Below are positions 27,865 to 37,572 of a DNA stretch of 59,827 bases, piece after piece. The stretch is from an uncultured bacterium (GTDB lineage: Bacteria; Bacillota_I; Bacilli_A; RF39; UBA660): the NCBI GenBank assembly GCA_949295285.1, contig CASFKI010000018.1, positions 1 through 59,827 on the forward strand. Reading direction: 5' to 3'. The translations under genes and the position numbers were made by a program. The notes beneath the pieces were generated by a model that did not search any database, was not told the origin of the DNA, and saw only the letters and a program-made list of their open reading frames with translations. Each line of letters starts with the position of its first letter. Position 1 is the stretch's first letter.

Positions 27865-29520
27865 TTAATAATTGTTATTTTTCAAATGTAATTTAACTAA
27901 TACTTTATTTATAAATTCCTCAGAAAAAACAGAGGATAAACATCCATTTTTATACATCATTACCAAATATATAATAATACCATACATACCATATATAAAT
28001 AATGATATTAATGATGTGATAACATTAAGTTCTACATTTATATAATATTTGATTATTATGATTGGTATTATTATTAATATACATGGTAATATTAATTTTC
28101 TTAATAAAATAATTGTATTTGAATAATTTATTTTCATTTCTAATTTTAAATATCTAATAGCTAGAACTATAGAAGATAAATATCCAATACAAGTAGCTAT
28201 TACTGTCGCTACATATGATGGAAGTCCTATCTTATTAAATAATAATATTAATGGTATATCAAGTAATGCATTTAAGATAAGTCCTATTATTGAATATATA
28301 TATATTTGTTTAAACTTTTTCATACTTTGTAATGTTACACTAAGAACACTCCATATTCCTAAAAAAATATGACTAATACTAGAAAATTTTAATATCATAT
28401 ATCCATATTCGCTAGCTCCATAAAATATAAAATATGTTTCTTTAGATAATAGAATTAATAATACAGACATAGGAATAGTAATTATTAGCATAGTAGATAA
28501 TGCTTGATTTATTCTATAATTCACTGCTTTCATATCTTTTTTAATAAAATTAGATGTTATATGTGGAATTATATTAGTAGTAAGTGCCATAGAAATAGTA
28601 ATAATAATAGTACAAATTTTTGGCGCCCAAGTCGCAACTATTCCAGATACTATTTCACTTTCCATTGCAGTAAAACCTATCATATTAAGTCCTTTAATTA
28701 TTAATTTAATATCTACAAGAGTATAAATATTATCCGTTATAGCTATTAATACAATTGGGGTTGCATATTTAATTATTTTATTTATTATTGATTTATTACT
28801 TGTGGGATCTCTTTTATCTTGTTTTTCAAAAGCTTCAGCATTATTTTTAACTTTTAATCTTAAATAAATATATGCAGTTATACCTCCAAAAAAAGTACCT
28901 AAAAGTGCTATTGAAACTCCACTTGGGATGTCCATCTTTAATAATTTAATTGATATAAATGAGCCTACTAAGACAAAAAAAATTCTTACTATTTGTTCAA
29001 TTACTTGAGCTATAGAAGTAGGAACAACAAACTTATGTCCTTGCATGTAACCTCTTAATACACTTAAAAATGGAATAATAAGTAAACATGGAGAAATTGC
29101 TTTAATAACATTAGATACTTCTTTTATAGTGTGTCCACCAGCAACATCAGATAATAAAAACTTAGCTATTATACTAGAACCAAAAAACACCAATATAAAA
29201 CTTATTATTGCAAGTATACCAATTATTTTTTTACCTTGTTTATATGCTCGTTCTTTAGCATCAAACATATTTAAAGCTATATATTCACTTATAATCATAC
29301 TCATTGCTATAGGTATTCCTGCAGTTGAAATATTTAAAAACAAATTATATACACTATAAGCATAACTATATAAAGTACCACCAGACTCACCTATAATTTT
29401 ATAAAATGGAATTACATAAACCGCACCTAATATTTTTATAATTATTAGTAATATAGAGGTAATAATAGTTCCTTCTATAAAACTATTTGTAATTAACTTT
29501 CTTTTATTTACCTTTTTCAT
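27865..29520 (-). CDS. MOP-superfamily flippase (MurJ/YtgP/SpoVB family)
   Basis: 551 aa with about 14 predicted TM helices and the composition typical of polysaccharide-biosynthesis/SpoVB proteins. ATGA overlap with the upstream gene. Confidence 0.75.
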   Translation of the reverse strand: MKKVNKRKLITNSFIEGTIITSILLIIIKILGAVYVIPFYKIIGESGGTLYSYAYSVYNLFLNISTAGIPIAMSMIISEYIALNMFDAKERAYKQGKKIIGILAIISFILVFFGSSIIAKFLLSDVAGGHTIKEVSNVIKAISPCLLIIPFLSVLRGYMQGHKFVVPTSIAQVIEQIVRIFFVLVGSFISIKLLKMDIPSGVSIALLGTFFGGITAYIYLRLKVKNNAEAFEKQDKRDPTSNKSIINKIIKYATPIVLIAITDNIYTLVDIKLIIKGLNMIGFTAMESEIVSGIVATWAPKICTIIITISMALTTNIIPHITSNFIKKDMKAVNYRINQALSTMLIITIPMSVLLILLSKETYFIFYGASEYGYMILKFSSISHIFLGIWSVLSVTLQSMKKFKQIYIYSIIGLILNALLDIPLILLFNKIGLPSYVATVIATCIGYLSSIVLAIRYLKLEMKINYSNTIILLRKLILPCILIIIPIIIIKYYINVELNVITSLISLFIYGMYGIIIYLVMMYKNGCLSSVFSEEFINKVLVKLHLKNNNY

Positions 29521-30536
29521 AGATCTATCTTTTCCATCTCATCACCTAATATTTTAGATATAATTTTTAAATGTCCTTCATGCTCATCATTAAATAAATA
29601 AAATTGAACTAATCCATAACTAGGATATTCATTTCCCTCCATAATAACAGGACCATCTTTAGTAATAGCGATATCCCACCCAACATATCTTACTTCAGGT
29701 ACAACCATAGCTGCCTTTAAAGCCATCTCATAAGCTTCTTTTACATATGGAACTTCTACAGTATTAAACTTGATTTTTTTAATAGGGTGTTCCTCATATA
29801 TATTAGCTACATCATCAACTACTCTACTTGATATTTTACCATCTTCACTAAGCCTCATATATGCATCAGAACATCCAATTGCAATTGAATCATCAATATT
29901 TATTCTAAGAGCATTTCCAATAATATATGCTTTATTATTTTTAACTAAAGTAACTACTCTAAAGGAGTTGACTGCATATGGATTTAATTTGTTTAATTCT
30001 TCATGCTGTACAATTTCTTCTTCAATTAAATTTAATTTTTTCTTCTTTAATTCTTTATATAAATTTTCAATATTTTTAACATCTTTAAGTACTATTTTCT
30101 CAATTCCATGCCCCCCAAAATCAGTAGGTGGTTTTGCAAATATAACTTTTTTATTCTTAATAAATTTAGTAAATTCTTCTAAAGTTGTACTTCTTAAATC
30201 AATAAACTCTCTTCCTAAAAAATCTTTAAATATTTTATTAAATACTAATTTATCTGACATAGTTGATAAATATGTAGATTTATTTAAATATTTTAATAAT
30301 TTATAATATGATTTAGTTGTTACAAAAGTTTTCTTTTGCTCTTTAGTTAAATTAATATAATCACCTTTTAAATAATCAGTATATCCAATACCATACTGTA
30401 AAAAATTTTTAATCATATCAAGTTTAACATATAATTTACTTTTATTATTACGTATTGCAATATCACTTGCTAATTTATCTAATTTTTCATAATTAATAGC
30501 TTTAATTTTTGCTATCATAACATTTCTAAGAGCCAT
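29517..30536 (-). CDS. ATP-grasp enzyme of the sugar-transfer-associated type (not canonical Ddl)
   Basis: N-terminal LDMIKNFLQYGIGYTDYL..DYINLTKEQKKTFVT motif typical of ATPgrasp_ST proteins. C-terminal GWDIAITKDGPVIMEGN. Strong AGGAGG SD. Confidence 0.65.
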   Translation of the reverse strand: MALRNVMIAKIKAINYEKLDKLASDIAIRNNKSKLYVKLDMIKNFLQYGIGYTDYLKGDYINLTKEQKKTFVTTKSYYKLLKYLNKSTYLSTMSDKLVFNKIFKDFLGREFIDLRSTTLEEFTKFIKNKKVIFAKPPTDFGGHGIEKIVLKDVKNIENLYKELKKKKLNLIEEEIVQHEELNKLNPYAVNSFRVVTLVKNNKAYIIGNALRINIDDSIAIGCSDAYMRLSEDGKISSRVVDDVANIYEEHPIKKIKFNTVEVPYVKEAYEMALKAAMVVPEVRYVGWDIAITKDGPVIMEGNEYPSYGLVQFYLFNDEHEGHLKIISKILGDEMEKIDL

Positions 30537-31731
30537 AATAATCCTCCTTATAAATAATCTTATTATTTTTTATATATACTCTTGGTAATAGTTTGCCTAT
30601 ATTTATAAGTGTATTATGAAAAGATGTATTATTTAATCTTGCTATATATCCAAGAGTTATATCATCTCCCACTATTGTTACTATATCATTAATTTTAACA
30701 CTATTATCTATTTCTATACACATCATACACATAGATATTTCACCAATTACGTTATATCTTTTATTATTGATTAAAACATATCTATCTTTATGATTAATTC
30801 CAATACCATCATCATATCCAATTGGAAGAATGGCTATTCTTTGATCATATTTTGCTTCATATAATAATCCATATCCTACTTTATCACCTTTTTTAATGTT
30901 TTTAATTTGCATAATATTAGTTTTTATTTTAAAGCATTTTTTCAAGTCAACATCAATGTCTTTAATAGTTTTACTTATATTATATTTTTTTATTAAATAG
31001 TTAGTTCTAATTTTTTTTAATATATTTAATGGACTATTATTTAATGATTTTAAAGAAATATCATATCCATATATAGCAGTACCTATTCTACATCCATTAG
31101 CAAAGGATAATTTAGGATGGGCAAATAATATAAAACTACTACTCATATGTATAATATCTATAGTATTTAAATCAATATCAGAAACTATATCTTTAAAGCG
31201 TTCTACTTGAATGTCATAAAAATTATCACTAACACCAGGAGTAGCAAAATGAGTATATAATCCTTCTAAATATAAGTTATTATTTTCTAATAGTAATTTA
31301 TATATTTCATTAAATTCATGTTTTTTACTAACTCCTAATCTATTCATACCACTATCTATTTTAATATGAACTTTTATTTTATCACTTTTAACTTTATCGA
31401 CTAATTTTTTAGTGTAATTTATATCACACACACTAATAGTCACATTATTATCAATAATAGTATCTAGATATTCTAAATCTATTATTTCACTACATAAAAT
31501 AGGAATATTCTTATTATATTTTCTAATTAATATAGCTTCATCTAAGGATGAAACTGCTAAATAATTAATTCCACTATTAATAAGATCATTAATAATATAC
31601 ATACCATGATTATATGCATTTGCCTTTACCATAGCAATATAATACTTATAATTATTAAATTTATTAATTATATTTTTAACATTATTAGATAAATTATCTA
31701 AATCAACTTCAATATACGTTTTTCTATACAT
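30526..31731 (-). CDS. alr: Alanine racemase (PLP-dependent)
   Basis: AMVKANAYNHG (PLP lysine), HIKIDSGMNRLG, ILPIGYDDG. 401 aa. Extended -10 TGgTACAAT and GGTGGA SD upstream. Confidence 0.85.
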   Translation of the reverse strand: MYRKTYIEVDLDNLSNNVKNIINKFNNYKYYIAMVKANAYNHGMYIINDLINSGINYLAVSSLDEAILIRKYNKNIPILCSEIIDLEYLDTIIDNNVTISVCDINYTKKLVDKVKSDKIKVHIKIDSGMNRLGVSKKHEFNEIYKLLLENNNLYLEGLYTHFATPGVSDNFYDIQVERFKDIVSDIDLNTIDIIHMSSSFILFAHPKLSFANGCRIGTAIYGYDISLKSLNNSPLNILKKIRTNYLIKKYNISKTIKDIDVDLKKCFKIKTNIMQIKNIKKGDKVGYGLLYEAKYDQRIAILPIGYDDGIGINHKDRYVLINNKRYNVIGEISMCMMCIEIDNSVKINDIVTIVGDDITLGYIARLNNTSFHNTLINIGKLLPRVYIKNNKIIYKEDYYGS

Positions 31732-31798
31732 GTTAAATCCACCATAATTATTGTACCACGGATAGCATTAATTAGTAAACAAAATAAAAAAGAAATAA

Positions 31799-32548
31799 CT
31801 ATATAATTATTTCTTCACTTATTTTATTTTTATAAGACAAATATATTGGTATATCTTTTCTAATATTATTTCTATTTACATTATATGCAAGTTCAATGGT
31901 ATTATCATGTTCACTAATATGAATTAATATTATTGCTTTTGTATTATTTCCAATAAATAAATTTAAATATTTAGCACAATCTTCATTAGATAAATGACCC
32001 ATATCTCCAATATTTCTAATTTTAGTCATTTCATCTTTTGTACCATTCATTTCCATTTCTACATCATGATTACTTTCAAATAAATATACATTCTTATTCT
32101 TAAATAATTCATGATATTTATAATTTATCATTCCAGTATCTGCCATATAACAAACTGATTCATTATTTTTTTCAAATACATAACCATAGCCTCTTTTATC
32201 ATGTGATATTGGTATTTTAGTTACTTCTATACCATCTATATTTACAATGTTATCAATAAATTCATAATTTTTAAGCATACTTTTTTTAGAATATTCTTCA
32301 AATGTCCCCTTCGATATATATATTTTAGTACCATATATTCTATTAAAAGAATGAATGCTTCTTACATGATCACTATGAGCATGTGTTACGACAATAAAAT
32401 TTATTGTTTCTGGTTTTACATTTATTTCTGATAATTTATTTTTAATATCATTAAAACCTAATCCCGCATCTATTAAAAATCTTATATTATTAAATTCAAT
32501 AAATGTAGAATTTCCAGCACTACTGCTAGATAAAACCACTACTCTCAT
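31799..32548 (-). CDS. MBL-fold metallo-hydrolase (YycJ-like)
   Basis: HAHSDH motif. The likely start MRVVVLSS lies 1 nt after the polC stop. A terminator hairpin overlaps its stop. Confidence 0.75.
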   Translation of the reverse strand: MRVVVLSSSSAGNSTFIEFNNIRFLIDAGLGFNDIKNKLSEINVKPETINFIVVTHAHSDHVRSIHSFNRIYGTKIYISKGTFEEYSKKSMLKNYEFIDNIVNIDGIEVTKIPISHDKRGYGYVFEKNNESVCYMADTGMINYKYHELFKNKNVYLFESNHDVEMEMNGTKDEMTKIRNIGDMGHLSNEDCAKYLNLFIGNNTKAIILIHISEHDNTIELAYNVNRNNIRKDIPIYLSYKNKISEEIII

Positions 32549-32549
32549 A

Positions 32550-35500
32550 CTACACCTCAAAATCAAATAATGATAATTGTGAACTTTCTGGCATATTATC
32601 AAATAAACCTAAAGTTCTTAATTTATCTACTAAAGTTTGCGATACTTTACATCTATTTTGGAAATCTTCAACACTTATAAATTTTCCTTTTTTAGCTTCT
32701 ATTTCTATATTTTGTGCTACTGTCTCACCCAAGCCATCTATTGTAATAAATGGTGGAATTAATGTATTATCATCTAGAACATCAAATGTATTACTTTTAC
32801 TCTTGTACAAATCAAAATTACTTACTTTAATTCCTCTAGCCGCCATTTCAAGTGCAACATTTAAACATTCAGAGATACCACTTTCTTTATTAGTAGCATC
32901 ATAACCTTTATTTTTAATTTCAATAAGTCTTTCTTTAATTGCGTCATACCCTTTAATCATTGATTCAATATCAAATGCTGTTGCCTTTGTAGAAAACCAA
33001 GAAGCATAAAAATATATTGGCATATGCACTTTATACCAAGCTATTCTAAATGCACTAGTTACATAAGCTGCTGCATGTGCTTTTGGAAACATGTATTTGA
33101 TTTTTTGGCAAGAATCAATAAACCAATCTTCAATACCAGCATCTTGCATAGTTTTTTTATGTTCTGCCCAAGTAGTTAGATCTTTTGATGCTTTTCCTTT
33201 TCTAACAAATTCCATTATTTTAAATGCTTTTATCGGTTTTAATCCTTTGTACATTAAATATACCATAATATCATCACGACAACCAATAACTTCTTTAAAA
33301 GGCACTTTAATATTGCCATCAATATCAGGAGTACATAAATCTCTTGCATTGCCTAACCATACATCTGTACCATGAGATAAACCAGATATTTTAACTAGTT
33401 CTGCGAATGTTGTTGGTTTTGTTTCATTAACCATGCTTATGGTAAATGGTGTACCAAATTCGGGAATTCCAAGAGTACCAGTAGGACACATTATTTGTTC
33501 TTCAGTTACATTTAATGCTTCTAATGATGAGAATATACTCATAGTTTGTTTATCATCTAATGGAACATCTAATACATTTGTTTTACTTAAATCTTGTATT
33601 AATCTTAATTGGGTTGGATCAGAATGCCCTAAAATATCTAATTTTAATAAATTTTCTTCTAAAGAGTGATAATCAAAATGTGTTGTTCTCCATGCAGAAT
33701 TTGGATCATCTGCTGGATATTGAAATGGAGTAAAGTCAAATACTTCTTTATAATCAGGAACAACTACAATTCCACCAGGATGTTGACCAGTAGTTCTCTT
33801 TACACCAGTGCATCCAATTGCAAGTCTTTCAATTTCACAACTCCTTTTATCAAATATTCCTCTATCTTCAAAATAGCCTTTAACAAATCCAAATGCTGTT
33901 TTTTCAGCAACTGTACCAATAGTACCTGCTCTATAAACATTATCTACTCCAAATAATACTTTTGTATACTCATGAGCACTTGCTTGATTTAAATCTGAAA
34001 AATTAAGATCTATATCTGGTACTTTATCAGCATTAAACCCTAGAAAAGTTGCAAATGGCATATCTTGTCCATCTTTTTTCATTAATTCTCCACAAACAGG
34101 ACATTTTTTATCAGGTAAATCAAAACCACTAGAATAATTAATGCCAAGAGCAATACCCTCTTCATCATTAAATTCACTATGCTTGCATTTTAAACATCTA
34201 TAATGAGCTGGCAATGGATTTACTTCTGTAATTCCCATCATAGTAGCAACAAAACTACTACCAACACTACCTCTACTACCAACTATGTAACCATCATCAT
34301 TAGAATGTTTAACAAGTCTTTGAGCAATTAAATATATTGGATCAAATCCACCACCAATAATTCCACCTAGAGTTTTTTTAATTTTTTTATTGATGTTATC
34401 ATCATTCATTTCTTTATCTACATCATTATCCCAATTACTAGATACATATTCTCTTAATAATTCTTTTACTTTATCGAATCCTTCTAAAATACTATTATGA
34501 AGATTTTTAAATATTTCATCAATTAAACTATTTTTATCCATATTAGGATTTTCTTTAGTTAATTTATCTTCCCAATATTTATATATTGCATCTCCATATA
34601 ATTCTTTAGATATTCTTTCTTCTATATTATGTGGCAAGTTTTCTGAATACCATGAAGCTGCTCTTTGATATACTAAATCTGTAACTACTCTTGAACAATC
34701 CAAATAACTTTTTCCATCATCACTTCTTACCCTTGGTGAAAATGGAACTCCTTTAGTATCCATAATTACTTCAAATTCTTCAACCATATCAGCTATTTTA
34801 TTTGTATTTGTAACAACGATTTCGTACGCTAAATTTTTATCTAAAAAACTAAAATCATTCAACATTTCTTTAGTCGTTCTAAAGTGTTGTGATGGTATAG
34901 ATTTAATAGATGTTTTAGCAAGTGGATGTCTTCCACCACCTGGAACTTTTTGATTAACTATAATTTCTCTATAAATTTTATCTTCTCTTGTAAAATGATG
35001 TACATCTCCAGTAGCAACAATTATTTTACCAGCTTCTTTAGTAGCAGAAATAATTTTTTCAATATGACTTTTAAGTTCTAATCCATTAGCAAAATCACCA
35101 GTTTGAATCAAATGATCATATACCTCAGGCGGATGAACTTCTACATAATCATAAAAATTAATAATATTTGTTAGTTCTTCATTATCTTTGCTTCTTGCTT
35201 CAATAAATACTTCTGATTCATAACAACCACTACCTATTAAAAGACCATCTCTCAATTCATTTAATTTACTTCTTAAAATTCTTGGAGTTTTATATAAATA
35301 AGTTGTATTTGCAAGAGAAACTATTTTAAATAAATTTTTAAGTCCATTTCTATTTAAAGCAATTGCATTAAAATGAAATGTTCTACCAAATTTATGTATT
35401 TCTTCTTTAGATACCAATTTGCTTAAATCAGTTATTCTTTCGAAATTTCTATCCAATAATTTTTTAAGCATCTTATCAAATACTAATGCTGTTCCCATGG

Positions 35501-37169
35501 CATCATAATCTGCTCTATGGTGTGAGTCTTCATCAAACTCAACATCATATCTTTTAACTAATGCAGACAGACTATGCCTTGCAAATCCTTGATCTAAACT
35601 TCTCGACAACTCTAATGTATCTATAACACAATTATTAAATATACCTAAATTATTTCTTCTAATAGCCATATCCAAAAATGATATATCAAATTTAGCATTA
35701 TGAGCAACTAAAGGAGCATTTCCTACCCAATTCATAAATCTTTTAACTACTTCTTTTTCCTCATCAGCATCTTTTAGCATATCATCATTTATACCAGTTA
35801 ATTCAGTAATTTTAGAACTAAGATGTCTCATAGGATTAATAAATTCATCAAAAGTATCTACAATGACACCATCTTTTATCTTAACTGCTCCAATTTCAAT
35901 CATTGTATCTCCACTGGCTGCATTAAATCCAGTAGTTTCTGTATCAAATACAACATATAAGGTATGTTGTAATGGAATATCCTTCGAATTATATACTATG
36001 TTAACCGTATCATCTACTAAAGTTAATTCGCATCCAAATATGCCTTTAAATCTTTTACTTGAATCTGTTTGCTTAGCATTGTAGTTTTTTATTAAATTAT
36101 AACAAATCGGAAACGCTTGACATGCATTATGGTCAGTTATTGCCACCGCTTTGTATCCCATATCAATTGTTCTTGATATTAATTCACATGTATGTGCCGA
36201 TAAATCTAATTTAACTACCCCATCCATTTGACTCATCATAGTGTGCGTATGAAGTTCAACTCTTTTAACCTCAGCATCATCTATAATAGTATTTTCTTTC
36301 TTTTTATCGTAATTTTCTATATCATTAATACCATATTCATAATCATTACTTCTTGTATTAAATTTAACATTTCCTCTAAATTTATACCATCTACCTATTT
36401 TTATATTCTTTAATAAATTATTAAATTCCGCTTCATCTTTAGTAAATATATTAGCCATTATACTATCAGTATAATCAGTTAACTTAATAGTAATGATAAA
36501 CCATCCACTTTGTGTTTTTCTAGAATCTATACCAAATACTTCACAAGCAATTATTATATTATTTTCATTAGTAATTAAATTTTTTATTTGGCTTATTTCA
36601 CCAATAATATTTTTTCCCCTTATTAACTTAGTTTCGTTTTTGTCGGCTTTAATTTCATCTTCTATTTTAATACTTTGCATAAACTTTTTTCTATCTTCTT
36701 CATTTATATAAGCACTAACTTCTATATCTTTAAATCCCATATCCATTAAAAAATTTTTAATTTTATCACTTAAAGAATCTATTTTATTAACCTCAACACT
36801 ATTTAATACTTCAAATGTTATTTTATTATTTTCTATTGTAATCTTATCTTTATCTATGCATTTCAACATAGGACATTTACTTATTAATATATCAAAATAG
36901 TAATTAAAATAATCATTAAAATAATCACATTTATCTAATATATTAAATTTGTATCTAACTGATTCTGCTCCATTTAATGTTATTCCTTTTTTACACAACT
37001 CAACGAAAACATTTAATGGTAAAGTTTTATCTATATCAAAGCAAATAGTCATTTTATTTAACTTTTTTACCAAAAGGACTTCTTTAATACAGGCATTTTC
37101 AAAATATTTATTATCATCTATATTAAAATTTATTGCATTTAAAAATCTAACAAGTTTATTATCTTTCAC
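32550..37169 (-). CDS. polC: DNA polymerase III PolC-type alpha subunit
   Basis: PHP (VELHTHT), 3'-5' exonuclease (VVFDTETTGF) and polymerase core are present. The ORF is open to TTG 37199, but GTG 37169 follows an AAGGTGA SD and a TGtATAAT promoter. Confidence 0.9.
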   Translation of the reverse strand: MKDNKLVRFLNAINFNIDDNKYFENACIKEVLLVKKLNKMTICFDIDKTLPLNVFVELCKKGITLNGAESVRYKFNILDKCDYFNDYFNYYFDILISKCPMLKCIDKDKITIENNKITFEVLNSVEVNKIDSLSDKIKNFLMDMGFKDIEVSAYINEEDRKKFMQSIKIEDEIKADKNETKLIRGKNIIGEISQIKNLITNENNIIIACEVFGIDSRKTQSGWFIITIKLTDYTDSIMANIFTKDEAEFNNLLKNIKIGRWYKFRGNVKFNTRSNDYEYGINDIENYDKKKENTIIDDAEVKRVELHTHTMMSQMDGVVKLDLSAHTCELISRTIDMGYKAVAITDHNACQAFPICYNLIKNYNAKQTDSSKRFKGIFGCELTLVDDTVNIVYNSKDIPLQHTLYVVFDTETTGFNAASGDTMIEIGAVKIKDGVIVDTFDEFINPMRHLSSKITELTGINDDMLKDADEEKEVVKRFMNWVGNAPLVAHNAKFDISFLDMAIRRNNLGIFNNCVIDTLELSRSLDQGFARHSLSALVKRYDVEFDEDSHHRADYDAMGTALVFDKMLKKLLDRNFERITDLSKLVSKEEIHKFGRTFHFNAIALNRNGLKNLFKIVSLANTTYLYKTPRILRSKLNELRDGLLIGSGCYESEVFIEARSKDNEELTNIINFYDYVEVHPPEVYDHLIQTGDFANGLELKSHIEKIISATKEAGKIIVATGDVHHFTREDKIYREIIVNQKVPGGGRHPLAKTSIKSIPSQHFRTTKEMLNDFSFLDKNLAYEIVVTNTNKIADMVEEFEVIMDTKGVPFSPRVRSDDGKSYLDCSRVVTDLVYQRAASWYSENLPHNIEERISKELYGDAIYKYWEDKLTKENPNMDKNSLIDEIFKNLHNSILEGFDKVKELLREYVSSNWDNDVDKEMNDDNINKKIKKTLGGIIGGGFDPIYLIAQRLVKHSNDDGYIVGSRGSVGSSFVATMMGITEVNPLPAHYRCLKCKHSEFNDEEGIALGINYSSGFDLPDKKCPVCGELMKKDGQDMPFATFLGFNADKVPDIDLNFSDLNQASAHEYTKVLFGVDNVYRAGTIGTVAEKTAFGFVKGYFEDRGIFDKRSCEIERLAIGCTGVKRTTGQHPGGIVVVPDYKEVFDFTPFQYPADDPNSAWRTTHFDYHSLEENLLKLDILGHSDPTQLRLIQDLSKTNVLDVPLDDKQTMSIFSSLEALNVTEEQIMCPTGTLGIPEFGTPFTISMVNETKPTTFAELVKISGLSHGTDVWLGNARDLCTPDIDGNIKVPFKEVIGCRDDIMVYLMYKGLKPIKAFKIMEFVRKGKASKDLTTWAEHKKTMQDAGIEDWFIDSCQKIKYMFPKAHAAAYVTSAFRIAWYKVHMPIYFYASWFSTKATAFDIESMIKGYDAIKERLIEIKNKGYDATNKESGISECLNVALEMAARGIKVSNFDLYKSKSNTFDVLDDNTLIPPFITIDGLGETVAQNIEIEAKKGKFISVEDFQNRCKVSQTLVDKLRTLGLFDNMPESSQLSLFDFEV

Positions 37170-37202
37170 TTTACTACTCACCTTAAAATAATTATACAAA
37201 TT

Positions 37203-37237
37203 AAAAGAAATTATATCAACTAATTTGATATAATTTC
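37203..37237 (-). terminator. Strong intrinsic terminator upstream of polC
   Basis: 13-bp stem GAAAUUAUAUCAA / UUGAUAUAAUUUC followed by UUUU on the minus strand. Confidence 0.7.
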
Positions 37238-37254
37238 ACATATATAAAATCATA

Positions 37255-37560
37255 TTATTTTTTAAATCTATCATATATTTTATATAAATATTGAACATTA
37301 TTTTCTAAAAAGAAATAGTGAAAAATATAAAAGACTAACAATATAATCAATATAATAGCAATTATAAACATTAGACTATTAAAATAAGATAATATTAGAA
37401 ATAATACAGTAAATAATGCTACAAATAACATTATTATTAAATGAATCAATCTTTCATGAGAAAAAAATTTAATTTTAATTAATAATTCATTTAATTCATT
37501 TTGGTTTAATTTATCCTTTGATTCTATTTCGTTTATATATTCTTTTATATATTTTTTCAT
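37255..37560 (-). CDS. Small membrane protein (101 aa)
   Basis: AGGAG SD. Two TM helices follow a charged N-terminal helix. Confidence 0.55.
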   Translation of the reverse strand: MKKYIKEYINEIESKDKLNQNELNELLIKIKFFSHERLIHLIIMLFVALFTVLFLILSYFNSLMFIIAIILIILLVFYIFHYFFLENNVQYLYKIYDRFKK

Positions 37561-37572
37561 GATTTCTCCTAA

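Noticed and set aside
29770-30306. Long antisense ORFs in the track: 178 aa here, plus 21513-21842, 33091-33956, 35863-36711, 38018-38326, 41268-41531, 5035-5352, 59616-59822 and similar
   Set aside because: All lie antisense to well-supported genes, or across a T-box leader in the case of 41268-41531. They have Ser/Leu/Phe/Ile-dominated low-complexity products and no SD. These are typical shadow ORFs of AT-rich coding DNA.
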